Below are positions 1 to 12,502 of a stretch of DNA of 64,000 nt, in pieces. Source of the DNA: the human T2T-CHM13v2.0 reference genome, Homo sapiens. Each line of letters opens with the position of its first letter. Within the stretch, counting starts at the first letter, position 1. Location: the NCBI RefSeq assembly GCF_009914755.1, contig NC_060927.1. One strand, given 5' to 3'. Below the pieces are notes generated by a model. That model saw only the letters and a program-made list of their open reading frames with translations, made no database searches and was not told the DNA's origin. A program made the translations under genes and the position numbers.

Positions 1-8
1 TTCCTGGG

Positions 9-19
9 CAAGATGGCCG
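9..19 (+). promoter_or_regulatory. YY1 site of the L1 internal promoter
   Basis: CAAGATGGCCG is intact at the L1 5' end, the known position of the YY1 motif in primate L1 promoters. Confidence 0.75.
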
Positions 20-1336
20 AATAGGAACAGCTGCAGTCTGCAGCTCTCAGTAAGATCAATGCAGAAGGTGGGTGATTTCTGCATTTCCAACTAAAGTACC
101 TGGTTCATCTCACTGGGACTGGTTAGACAGTGGGTTCAGCCCATGGAGGGCAAGCAGAAGCATGGTGGGGCATTGCCTCACCTGGGAAGCACAAGGGATC
201 AGGGAACTCCCTCCCCTAGTCAAGGGAAGCCTTGAGGGACCCTGCCATAAGGGACATGGCTATCTGGCCCAGATACTATGCTTTTCCCATGGTCTTTGCA
301 ACCCACAGACCAGACGATTCCGTTGGGTGCCTACACCACATGGGCCCTGGGTTTCAAGCACAAAACTGGGTGGCCATTTGGGCAGACACTAAGCTAGTGC
401 AGGAGTTTTTTTGGACCCCAGTGGCACCTGGAATGCCAGCAAGACAGAACCCTTCACTCCCTGGAAAGGGGACTGAAGTCAGGGAGCCAAGAGGTCTTGC
501 TCAGTGGATCCCACCCCCATGGAGCCCAGCAAGCTAAGATCCACAGGCTTGAAATTCTCGCTGCCAGCACATCAGTCTGAAGTCGATGTGGGATGCTCGA
601 CCTTGGTGGGGAGATGGGTGTCTGCCATTACTGAGGCTTGAGTAGGTTGTTTCCCCTCAGGGTGCAAAGAAAGCTGCCAGGAAGTTTGGATTGGGCAGAG
701 CCCACTGCAGCACCACAAAGCCTCTGTAGCTAGACTGCCTCTCTAGAGTCCTCCTCTCTGGGAAGGCCATCTCTGAAAGAAAGGCAGCAGCCCCAGCCAG
801 GTTATTTATAGATAAAACTCCCATCTCCCTCAGACAGAGCACCTGAGGAAAGGGGCAGCTGTGGGTGCAGCTTCAGCAGACTTAAATGTTCCTGCCTGCT
901 GGCTCTGAACAGAGCAGCAGATCTCCCAGCATAGTGTTCGAGCTCTGCTAAGGGACAGACTGCCTCCTCAAGTGGGTCTCTGACCCCCGTGCCTCCTGAC
1001 TGTGAGACACCTCCCAGCAGGGATCGACAGACACCTCATACAGGAGAGCTCCAGCTGGCATCTGGTGGGTGCCCCTCTGGGACAAAGCTTCCAGAGGAAG
1101 GAGCAGGCAGCAATCTTTGCTGTTCAGCAGCCTCTGCTGGTGATACTCAGGCAAACAGGGTCTGGAGTGTACCTCCAGCAAATTTCAGCAGACCTGCAGA
1201 AGAGAGGCCTGACTGTTAAAAGGAAAACTAAAAAGGAGAAAGCATTAGCATCAACATCAACAAAAAGGACGACCATGCAAAAACTCCATCTGAAGGTCGC
1301 CAACAGCAAAGACAAAAGGTAGATAAATCCATGAAG

Positions 1337-2362
1337 ATGAGGAAAAACCAGCTCAAAAAGGGTGAAAATTCCAAAAACCAGCATGACTCTTCTCCTCCAA
1401 AGGATCACAACTTCTCACCAGCAAGGAAACAAAAGTGGACAGAGAATGAGTTTGATGAATTGACAGAAGTAGGCTTCAGAAGGTGGGTAATAAGAAACTT
1501 CTCTGAGCTAAAGGAGCATGTTGTAACCCAATGCAAGGAAGCCAAGAACATTGAAAAAAGGTTAGAGAAATTGCTAACTAGAATAACTAGTTTAGAAAAG
1601 AACATAAATTACACAATGGAGCTGAAAAACACAACATGAGAATTTTATGAAGCATACACAAGTATCAGTAGCTGAACTGATCAAGCAGAAGAAAGGATAT
1701 CAGAGGTTGAAGATCAACTTAATGAAATAAAGCATGAAGACAAGATTAGAGAAAAAAAGAATGAAAAGGAATGAACAAAGCCTCCAAGAAATATGGGACT
1801 ATGTGAAAAGACCAAACCTACATTTGATTGGTGTACCTGAAAGTGACAGAGAGAATGGAATCAAGTTGGAAAACACTATTCAGGATATAATCCAGGAGAA
1901 CTTCCCCAACCTAGCAAGACAGGCCAACATTCAAATTCAGGAAATACAGAGAACATCACAAAGATACTCCATGAGAAGAGCAACCCCAAGGCACACAATG
2001 GTCAGATTCACCAAGATTGAAATGAGGGAAAAAATATTAAGGGAAGCCAGAGAGAAAGGTTGTGTTACTGACAAAGGGAAACCCATCAGACTAACAGCAG
2101 ATCTCTCTGCAGAAACCCTACAAGCCAGAAGAGAGTGGGGGCCAATATTCAACATTCTTAAGAAAAGAATCTTCAACCCAGAATTTCATATGCAGCCAAA
2201 CTAAGCTTCATAAGTGAAGGAGAAATAAAATCCTTTACAGACAAGCAAATGTTGAGGGATTTTGTCACCACCAGACCTGCCTTACAAGAGCTCCTGAAGG
2301 AAGCACTAAATATGGAAAGGAAAAACCGGTACCAGCCACTGCAAAAACAAACCAAAATGTAA
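1337..2362 (+). pseudogene. L1 ORF1p (RNA-binding/chaperone) remnant
   Basis: Peptide matches MRKNQ..., SLQEIWDYVKRPNL.LIGVPE, GKPIRLTADLSAETLQARREW. Broken by a premature TGA at 1637-1639 and by frameshifts; native stop TAA at 2360-2362. Confidence 0.92.
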
Positions 2363-2425
2363 AGGCCATCAACACTATGAAGAAACTGCATCAACTAATG
2401 GACAAAGTAACTAGCTAGAATCATA

Positions 2426-2630
2426 ATGAAAGGATCAAATTCACACATAACAATATTAACCTTAAGTGTAAATGGACTAAATTCCCCAATTAAAAGGCAC
2501 AGACTGGCAAATTGGATAAAGAGTCAAGACCCATCGGTGTGCTATATTCAGGAGACCCATCTCACGTGCAAAGACACATATAGGCTCCAAATAAAGGGGT
2601 GGAGGAAGATTTACCAAGCAAATCAAAAGC

Positions 2631-2661
<31 letters not shown>

Positions 2662-5600
2662 AAGGGTTGCAATCTTAGTCTCTGATAAAACAGACTTTAA
2701 ACCAACAAAGAAAAAAAGACGAAGAAGGACATTAAATAATGGTAAAGGGATCAATGCAACAAGAAGAGCTAACTATCCTAAATATATACACACTCAATAC
2801 AGGAGCAACCAGATTCATAAAGCAGTTTTTTAGAGACCTATTAAGAGACTTAAACTCCCACATATTAATACTGGGAGACTTTAACACCCCACAGTCAATA
2901 TTAGTCAGATCAATGAGACAGAAAATTAACAAGGATATTCAGGACTTGAACTCAGCTCTGGACCAAGCAGACCTCATAGACATCTACAGACCTCTCCACA
3001 CTAAATCAACATAATATACATTCTTCTCAGAACCACATAGCATTCATTCTAAAATCAACATCATTATTGGATGTAAAACAATCCTCAGCAAATGCAGAAG
3101 AATGGAAGTCATAACAAAGAGTCTGTCAGACCACAGTGCAATCAAATTAGAACTCAGGATTGAGAAACTCACTCAAAACTGCACAACTACGTGGAAACTG
3201 AACAACCTGCTCCTGAATGACTACTGCATAAATAACAAAATTAAGGCAGAAATAAATAAATTTTTTGAAACCAGTGAGAACAAAGACACAACATACCAGA
3301 ATCTATGGGGCACAGCTAAAGCAGAGTTTAGTGGAAAATTTATAGCACTAAATGCCCACATCAGAAAGCAGGAAAGATCTAAAATCAACACCATAACATC
3401 ACAATAGAAAGAGATAGAGAAGCCAAGAGCAAATAAATTCAAAAGCTAGCAGAAGGCCAGAAATAACTAATATCAGAGCAGAACTGAAGGAGATAGAGAC
3501 ATGAAAAACACTTCAAAGAATCAATGCATTCAGGAGCTGGTTTTTTGAAAAGATTAACAAAATAGATAGACCACTAGCCAGACTAATAAAGAAGAAAAGA
3601 GAGAAGAATCTAATAGACACAATAAAAAATGATAAAGGGGATATAAACACTGATCCCAGAGAAATACAGACTACCATTAGAGAATGCTATAAACACCTCT
3701 AAGCAAAAAAACTAGAAAATCTAGAAGAAATGGATAAATTCCTGGACACATACACCCTCATAAGACTAAACCAGGAAGAGGTCAAATCCACAAATAGATC
3801 AATAGCCAGTTCTGAAATTGTGGCAGAAATTAATAGCTTACCAACTGAAAAAAGCCCAAGACCAGGCAGATTCACAGCCGAATTCTACCAGAGTTACAAA
3901 GAGGAGTTGGTTCCATTCCTTCTGAAATTATTCCAAACAATAGAAAAACGGGACTCCTCCCTAATTCATTTTAAGAGGCTAGTATCATCCTGATACCAAA
4001 ACCTGGCAAAGACACAACAAAAAAAGAAAATTTCAGGCCAATATCCCTGATGAACATCGATGAGAAAATCCTCCATAAAATACTGGCAACCCAAATCCAG
4101 CAGCACATCAAAAAGCTTATCCACCACGATTCAGTCGGCTTCATCTCTGGGATGCAAGTCTGTTTCAACATACACAAATTAACAAATGTAATCCACCACA
4201 TAAACAGAACCAAGGACAAAAAACACATGATTACCTCAATAGATGCAGAAAAGGCCTTCCATAGAATTCAACATCCCTTCATGCTAAAAACACTCAATAA
4301 AGTAGGTATTGATGGTATTATCTCAAAATAATAAGAGCTATTTATGACAAACCTACAGCCAATATCATACTGAATAGACAAAACCTGGAAGCATTCCCTT
4401 TGAAAACCAGCACAAGACAGGGATGCCCTCTTTCACCACTCCTATTTAACATAGTATTGGAAGTTCTGGCCAGGGCAATCAGGCAAGAGAAAGAAATAAA
4501 GGGTATTCAGATAGGAAGAGAGGAAGTCGAATTATCTCTGTTTGCAGATGACATGATTGTATATTTAGAGAACCCCATCGTCTCAGCTCAAAAACTCCTT
4601 AAACTGATAAGCAATTTCAGCAACGTCTCAGGATCCAAAATCAATGTGCAAAATTCACAAGCTTTCCTATACACCAATAATAGACAAACAGAAAACCAAA
4701 TCATGAGCAAATTCCAATTCACAATTGCTACAAAGAAAATAAAATACCTAGGAACACAACTTTCAAGGGATGTGAAGGACCTCTTCAGGGAGAACTACAA
4801 AACACTGCTCAAGGAAATAAGAGAGGACACAAACAAATGGAAAACTCATTTCTTCCTATCCATGCTTATGGATAGGAAGAATCAATATTGTGAAAATGGC
4901 CATACTACCCAAAGTAATTTATAGATTCAATGCTATTCCCATCAAGCTACCATTGACTTTCTTTACAGAAATAGAAAAAAACTACTTTAAACTTCATATG
5001 GAACCAAAAAAGACAATCCTACGCAAAAAGAACAAAGCTGGAGGCATCACACTACGTGACTTCAAACTATGCTACAAGTCTACAGTAATCAAAACAGCAT
5101 GATACTGGTACTAAAACAGACACATAGTAGACCAATGGAACAAAACAGAGTTCTCAGAAATAACACCACACGTCTACAACCATCTGATCTTTGAAAAACC
5201 TGACAAAACAAGAAATGGGGAAAGGATTCCCAATTTAATAAATGGTGTTGGGAAAACTGGCTAGCCATATGCAGAAAACTGAAACTAGACTCCTTACTTA
5301 CACCTTATACAAAAATCAACTCATTATCAAGTAAAGATTTAAACATAAGATCTAAAACCATAAAAAACCCTAGAAGGAAACATAGGCAATACCATTCAGG
5401 ACATAGTTATGGGCAAAGACTTCATGACTAAAATGCCAAAAGCAATTACAACAAAAGCCAAAATTGACAAATGGGAACTAATTAATCTAAAGAGCTTCTG
5501 CACAGCAAAAGAAACCGTCATCAGAGTGAACAGGCAACTTACAGAATGGGAGAAAATTTTTGCAATCTATCCATCTGACAAAGGGCTAATATCCAGAATC

Positions 5601-6266
5601 TACAAGGAGCTTAAACGAATTTACAAGAAAAAAAAAACTCCATCAAAAACTGGGCAAAGGATATGAACAGACACTTTTTAAAGGAAGAGATTTATGCGGC
5701 CAACAAACATGAAAAAAAAAAGCTAATCATCACTAGTCATTAGAGAAATGCAAATCAAAACCACAATGAGATACCATCTTACCCCGGTTAGAATGGTGAT
5801 CATTAAAAAGTCAGGAAACAACAGATGCTGGGGAGGATGTGGAGAAATATTAACACTTTTACACTGTTGGTCAGAGTATAAATTAGTTCAACCATTGTGG
5901 AAGACAGTGTGGCAATTCCTCAAGGATCTAGAACTAGAAATACAATTTGACCCAGCAAACCTATTATTGGGTATATACCCAAAGGATTATAAATCATTCT
6001 ACTGTAAAGACACATGCACACATATCTTTACTGCAGCACCATTCATAATAACAAAGACTTGGAACCAACCCAAATGCCCATTAACGTTAGACTGGATAAA
6101 GAAAATGTGGCACATACACACCACGGAATACTACACAGCCATAAAAAAGAATGAGTCCATGTCCTTTGCAGGGACATGGATGAACCTGGAAACCCTCATT
6201 CTCAGCAAAATAACACAGGATCAGAAAACCAAACATCACATGTTCTCATTCATAAGTGGGAGTTGA
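2426..6266 (+). pseudogene. L1 ORF2p (endonuclease/reverse transcriptase) remnant
   Basis: Endonuclease motifs ([38 protein letters not shown]), RT motifs ([23 protein letters not shown]) and the C-terminal Cys-rich region (CWGGCGE...HCW) are split over many ORFs by stops and indels. Confidence 0.95.
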
Positions 6267-7480
6267 ACAATGACAACATATGGGTACAGGGAGGGAAACA
6301 TCACAAACCCAGGTCTGTCGGGGGCTGGGGACTAGTGAAGGGATAGCGTTAGAAGAAATACCTAATGTAGATGTCGGGTTGATGAGTGCAGCAAACCACC
6401 ATGGCAACATGTATGCCTATGTAACAAACCTGCACGTTCTGCACATGTATCCTAGAACTTAAAGTATAATAAAAAAGAATCCTTTCTTGCATTTTTATTA
6501 AATTTTACATAAAACTATTCAGAATCCAGACTTACTGCTATCTACATTTTAAATCATACAAATGCTATTGTGTGTGAGAGTGTGCTTGCACACAGAGGGG
6601 CAGCCTAAAAAAGCCATATTCCTCATAACAAATGGTGCTATGAATTCTTAAATGAATGTAAATAAGGATTTATGTTGATATATCTGTGGTCCAAAAACCC
6701 TACTGCGTTGTTACCCCATAGATTTAAATGCTGTAGCGATCAATTCATCTAGTACAAAGAATAAAGCATTCTACTATTTCTCAGAGTTTCCTTCTGCTCT
6801 CTCACATTTTTTAAAGGCTATTAATTGATAGTGTAAGATTTTTCTTCATTAATAGAATATGGTTTATTCTAATGGTCATTATAGTGAAGATACTCTGCAA
6901 TGAGGCTGTTAAAAGAGGGTATGGCACACATCTGGCAATGCTTGCTTCATTCCCTGTGAGCATCAAGCAACTGTCATCCTGCTAAATGAGTTGTCATTAG
7001 CAGTCAGATTTTTATTGCAGCCTTTTGGAGAAACACAGAAAGAAATCTAACTTTGAAGTAATGTCTATTGGAAGAGCTTTAATAGAGATGGAGTCTTAGT
7101 AAATCCCTTCTCTGATGTTCCCCATCCTAATATATTAGTAGTCTTTCTAAAATGGGAAGGTATTTGGCATGGGACTGGTGACCTAAAATTACCTCTGAAA
7201 TCTGGCAAGGTATTTCAACACTGGCATGAATATTGTTTCCTCTCAGCCAGCATTTTTGGCAGGCATCTTATGCGTTGCAAGTACCTACCAAAAATGGGAA
7301 TTAGATAAGGTGACTTGCAGATATGAATTAGCAATGGTTTCCTTTATTCAGGTTGGAATTTTCATAAGAAATTATGGTCTTAGCTTTCTTAGTCTTCCTT
7401 TGTAGTTACACTATGGCAATTTCAAAATTTTCCCTGAAGACAGACCTTACTGTACTAACAGATTTTCAACCTCCAGATAA

Positions 7481-7710
7481 CTCCCTTCCTCCCTCCCTCC
7501 CTTCCTCCCTCCCTCCCTTCCTCCCTCCCTCCCTTCCTCCCTCCCTCCCTTCCTCCCTCCCTCCCTTCCTCCCTCCCTCCCTTCCTCCCTCCCTCCCTTC
7601 CTTCCTTTTTCCTCCCTTCCTCCCTTTCCTTCTTTCTTTCTTTCTCTTTCTTTCTTTCTCTTTCCTTCCTTCTTTCTTTCTTTCTTTCTTTTTTCTTTCT
7701 TCGTTTCTCT
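7481..7710. repeat. Polypyrimidine compound microsatellite: [CTTC(CTCC)3]x7, then (CTTT)-rich
   Basis: CTTC recurs exactly every 16 bp from 7485 to 7597, then the tract decays into TTTC repeats. Confidence 0.95.
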
Positions 7711-8749
7711 CATATAAATAGTACATCTTCATGTGCCCATATTTCATTTTATCATGCCAAAATTTATATTTTTCTCGTTTACTGTGTTTCTACTGAACTC
7801 TCAAATTTGTACTAAATGAGGAAGTGGTTGAACTTTTCAGAGACAAAACGTTATCATTTCATTAACTCAAAAAACATTAATTAGATCCCTATGAGGGCAG
7901 TTGTTTCCAACCTGAAATTCTTTGCTACCTAAGGGTTCCCAAAGATATTAATAGAAATCTGAAGTTACTTTAAATATTTCAGAAATTTAATTAGCTATAA
8001 TTTGTATTTGCACATAATGAGACTGTATAGGCTAACTAAAATGGCAACTTTCTTTGCTTTGGCTAAAGTTATATCACACCTTTGATAATCCCAAGGTGAT
8101 CCCAGAAACTTCACTTCATGGATACATCATAGTATATAATATCTCCTGAAGTGATATATATTATATCTAAAAATGAACGGCACCCCTACATATCCTTATT
8201 TTTTTAGCTCCAGACTATAGCTATTAACATAAGTTCTCATACGTACACACGCACCCAAAAACCTATAAATCATATTGCCACAGCATACTCAGGATAATAA
8301 TGCTAACCTCAAATACAATGAATGTGTGAAAAAATAAAGTTTTTAATCCCTTTATAAGAGTCATCAAATGGTTAGTGAAGAGTATAGTTCAACATTGCTG
8401 CCTGGAGATGAGAACTGGGCAGACACCCAGGCTCCCTACCAGCTCATTCATCAACTCCATTACATTCAAAGCAAATACAAATCTGGGTGAAATGACTGTC
8501 ACTGTGTCATGTACCTCCATGAGTGTTTAAACCTTCAGAGGCCAATGCTCTGCTATAGTTCAAGTCACACATACCACTGTTTATCTCAGACTGAGGATGG
8601 GCTCTTATTGGCATGTACACACACTTTTTTTAAAAAAGTGAGGAAATTATACTAAATAAATGCAACTTGAACGAAATCTTTCAAAATATAAAATCCATTG
8701 ATGAGGGGTTGGGAATAACAAAAGGAGGCTTGGAAGGTGGAAAGTGTAA

Positions 8750-9160
8750 CATTTAGCATTTTTGTGTTTTGTCTTGCTACAGTGGAATACCACATAGTGA
8801 GTAATTTATAATAAACAGAAATTTATTAGCTCACATTTCTGGAAGTTGGGAACTCCAAGATCAAGGCACTGGTGTCTGGAGAGGGCTTTTTTTCTCTTTT
8901 ATCCCACGGTAGAAGGGCAAACAGAAGGGGTGTGTGTGTGAGAGAGAGAGAAAGAGGGAGAGAGAGAGAGCACACAAGCAAAAAGAGGGCCAAACTCATC
9001 CTTTTATAGATAAGCCCTCTCCCATGATAACAAACCCACTCCTGCAATAGAAGCACTAATCCTTTTATGAGGGCAGAGCCCTTATGAACTAATCACTTCT
9101 TATTCGGGTCCATCTCCCAACACTGTTGCATTGAGGATTAAGTTCCAACATATACTTTTT
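8750..9160 (-). mobile_element. ERVL-MaLR solo LTR (MSTC/MSTD/MLT1A-like), 5' end missing
   Basis: GTAATTTATAATAAACAGAAATTTATTAGCTCACA..., ATGAGGGCAGAGCCCTTATG..TAATCAC, CCCAACACTGTTGCATTG; internal (TG)(AG) run. Confidence 0.8.
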
Positions 9161-10636
9161 ATGTTTTTGTTCGTTTTGTCAAAGATTAGTTGGCTGTAAG
9201 TATTTGAGTTTACCTCTGGGTTCTTTATTCTGTTCCCTTGTCTATGTAGCTATTTTTATACCCATACCATGCTGCTTTGGTGACTATGGCTTTATAGTGC
9301 ATTTTGAAATCAGGTAATGTGATGCCTCCAGATGTGTTCTTTTTGCTTAGTCTTGCTTTGGCTATGTGGGCTCTTTTTTGGTCCCATGTGAATTTTAGAA
9401 TGTTTTTCTCTAATTCTGTGAAGAATGACATTGGTATTTTAATGGGAATTGTGTTGAATTTGTAGATTGCTTTTGGCAGTATGGTCATTTTCACAATATT
9501 GATTCTACTCATCCATGAACATAGGATGTGTTTCCATTTGTTTGTGTCGTCTATGATTTCTTTCAGCAGTGTTTTGTAGTTTTCCTTGTAGATGTCTTTC
9601 ACCTCCTTGGTTAGGTATATTCCTAAGTATTTTATTTTATTTTATTTTTTTGCAGCTGTTGTAAAAGAGGTTGAGTTCTTGATTTGATTCTCAGCTGGTC
9701 ACTGTTGGTGTATAAAAGAGCTACTAATTTGTGTACCTTAATTTTTTATCCAGAAACTTCGCTGAATCCTTTTATCAGTTCTAGGAGCTTCCTGGAGGAG
9801 TTTAGGGTTTTCTAAGTAAACAGTCGTATCATCAGCAAACAGCAACAGTTTGACTTCCTCTTTACGGATCTAGACCCCCTTTATTTCTTTCTCTTGTCCA
9901 ATTGCTCTGGCTAGGACTCCCAGTACTATGCTGAAGAGGAGTGGTGAGAGTGGGCATCGTTGTCTTGCTCCAGTTGTCTGAGGGAATGCTTTCAACTTTT
10001 CCCCCTTCAGTATTACGTTGGCTATGGGTTTTTCATAGATGGCCTTTATTACATTGAGGTATGTCCCTTTTATGCCAATTTTGCTATGAGTTTTAATCAT
10101 AAAGCAATGCTGGATTTTGTCAAATGCTTTTTCTGCATCAATTGAGATGTTCATGTAAGTTTTTGTTTTTAATTCTTTTTATGTGGTGTATCACATTTAT
10201 TGACTTGCGTATCTTAAACCATACCTGCATCTGTGGTATGAAACCCACTTGATCGTGGTGGATTATCTTTTTGAAGTGTTATTGGATTCAGTTAGCAGTA
10301 TTTTGTTAAGGATTTTAGCATCTATGTTCATCAGGGATATTGGTCTGTAGTTTTCTTTTCTGGTTATGTCCTTTCCTGGTTTTGGTATTAGGGCAATACT
10401 GGTTTCATAGAATGATTTAGGGAGGGTTCCCCCTTTCTCTATCTGGTGAAATAGTGTCAATATGATTGGTACCATTTCTTCTTTGAATGTCTGTTAGAAT
10501 TCTGCTGTGACTCTGTCTAGTCCTGGACTTTTTTTTGTTGATAATTTTTAAATTACTATTTCAATCTTGCTGCTTGTTATTGGTCTGTTCAGGATATCTA
10601 ATTCTTCCTGATTTAAGCTAGGGGGGTTGTATCTTT
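9161..10636 (-). mobile_element. L1 (L1PB-like) internal ORF2 RT fragment, no 3'UTR
   Basis: Minus-strand ORFs [64 protein letters not shown]. Confidence 0.92.
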
Positions 10637-10959
10637 TGTCTGTAGGAAGCTAATAAAAACTACCCTGTCCATGGGAGAAAGGAAAGGAAAGGCAATGTGG
10701 AAGAGTGTAAAGTGTATGGAATCTGAACCTACTTCAATTTGAGCTCAAATCCCACCTTCATTATTCATTATTTACTGGCAGTTTGACAAGCTATTAATTG
10801 ATCACAAGTCTAGTTTCTCTGAGATAGAATGTTCCCTGGTATACTTCTCTGTTGATACATAAATGACACTTAGTCTCTGTGCTTTTTCTTACTCTGTATT
10901 GTCGTAGAGTTTGGTGCTTGCCTCTGTTTCTGCAGCTACATCATATTATGCTTTTATGT

Positions 10960-11330
10960 GTTTATTCATAATATTCATTTATCAAGCACTTACTTGGTGT
11001 GCTAGGCCAGTTCCAGATGCAGGAGAAATTCACACAATGCCTGCTTTCATGGAACTTAGAATCTAACAGAAAAAGAGAGATGATAAAAATAAATACATAA
11101 TAAATATTTAAATAAAAATCATAAGATTGTATCAGTTATATCTAAAGAATTAAAGCGTGTAGTAGAGAGCAACTTGCAAGCTACTTTAGACTCAAGGTTA
11201 GGAAAGGCTTTTCTGAGGGAGTGAAGTTTAACCTGAAATAAATTACAAAAAGGATCTAGCCTTACAAATATTGAGGGAAAGGGGGACCCAGGCTGAGGAA
11301 AGAGCTAGGACAAAGGTGCCGGGTTTTCCC
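10960..11330 (-). mobile_element. L2 3' fragment
   Basis: ATTCATTTATCAAGCACTTAC...CCTGCTTTCATGGAACTTAGAATCTA...GGAAAGGCTTTTCTGAGG, typical of a reversed L2 3' end. Confidence 0.6.
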
Positions 11331-11459
11331 TGCTAAACCATGAGTTCCACCTCAGTCCATTTTTATGTGTTTCTGAATGCTCCCATGTTGCATTTTAACA
11401 TATTACTTTATTTCTATGTAGCACTAGCTATTACTGCAGTAATGCTGTATAACAACCAT

Positions 11460-12250
11460 ACGATTTCCCTGCTTAAAACTCTTCAGTAAATTCTTCTCAT
11501 TGGACTTAGAATAAAATCCAGAATATAAAGTAGAAGCTCCATGACAATAAGAGTAACATATGTCTGGTTTGCCACAATGTCTCCAGCACAGGTTTTGGTG
11601 TCTGATAAGAAGTAAATTCTTGCGCTTGTAGAATAACAAGAAACAAGTATGTGAATGAAACTGAGCTCTGTATCGCAGCCCATCAATCTCCTCAAGGGCT
11701 TGCAACCCACTTTCTCCTTCAAACCAGTCTCTTACTAGTACTGGCCCTTTGCCATTCAGCACATGCATTTTTCCCACCTGAAAAACAAAACTAACAGTAA
11801 CAACAACAACAATAACAAAACCTTTCCTTTGGCCCCTTTAGCTGCCAACCCTCCTCCTTCTCAAGTGTCATAACTTCACTTGTCATCCACACTCAGAATA
11901 TCATTTCTACCCACAGTTTTCAAGTTATCATAACATACATAACTGCCAAAAATCAATGGACTATTTTTTTTTCTCATCTTACTAGACTGCTGGACTTCCT
12001 TTGGTGCTGTTAATCTCCTTTTTCTGTAAAGTCTGTCTTTCCTAAGCTTCTAGTTTTCCTTTCTCCAGTCACCTCTTATCTTCCTCATGGGCTGTTTACT
12101 TCTCATCTTCCCACCCCAACTGGTTTACCCTTACCACTCTGTTTCTTTTACTATATGATAAGCCCTAAAGAAATAACCCAAACTCATGGCTATAATTAAT
12201 ACCTATATAATTATGACCCTATGATTTATCATTACCCCAGATATCTTAAA
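11460..12250 (+). mobile_element. Degenerate L2 fragments
   Basis: CCCTGCTTAAAACTCTTCAG...CTTAGAATAAAATCCA; TGCCAAAAATCAATGGAC...TCTCATCTTACTAGAC. Confidence 0.5.
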
Positions 12251-12259
12251 GTTCCATAT

Positions 12260-12502
12260 AATAATGGCCATTATTTATTGATTGTTCATTATTACATGGG
12301 AACTCTGCTACGAACTTTAAACATGTGGTTTAATTCCTCAATGCCTTTTGAAGTAGAAATATGATGATTTTCATTTTATACAGGAGGAAACAAGGTCTTA
12401 TACAGTTTAAATGAATTGCTCAAGGCCACACAAATAGTGGCATATCTGGGATTTGAATTCGGGCTGCTAGACTCCATGATTTTGATCACTATATTATATT
12501 GC
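12260..12502 (-). mobile_element. MIR SINE
   Basis: Core CATTTTATACAGGAGGAAACAAGG...TTGCTCAAGGCCACACA...GGGATTTGAATTC. Confidence 0.75.

Larger units (their letters stand above)
1..6476 (+). mobile_element. Near full-length LINE-1, L1PA7-like (inactive)
   Basis: ~1.33-kb 5'UTR starting CAAGATGGCCGAATAGGAACAGC, followed by ORF1 and ORF2 remnants. The 3'UTR GGGATAGCGTTAGAAGAAATACCTAATGTAGATG...CAGCAAACCACCATGGC...AACTTAAAGTATAATAAAAAA matches the L1PA7-type 3' end as I recall it. Confidence 0.93.

Noticed and set aside
72-1408. Several 60-106 aa ORFs in the L1 5'UTR, including antisense 948-1181, as possible ORF0 or novel peptides
   Set aside because: They are GC-rich UTR read-throughs, several with non-ATG starts. 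None is recognisable to me as ORF0, and 948-1181 is in the wrong part of the UTR.
7374-7747. Pro/Ser-rich and Gly/Arg/Glu-rich ORFs
   Set aside because: These are translations of the stop-free CT microsatellite.
8111-8168. Overlapping short inverted repeats (TCACTTCA/TGAAGTGA and ATATAATAT/ATATTATAT)
   Set aside because: Short and AT-rich; possibly part of a decayed DNA transposon that I could not identify.
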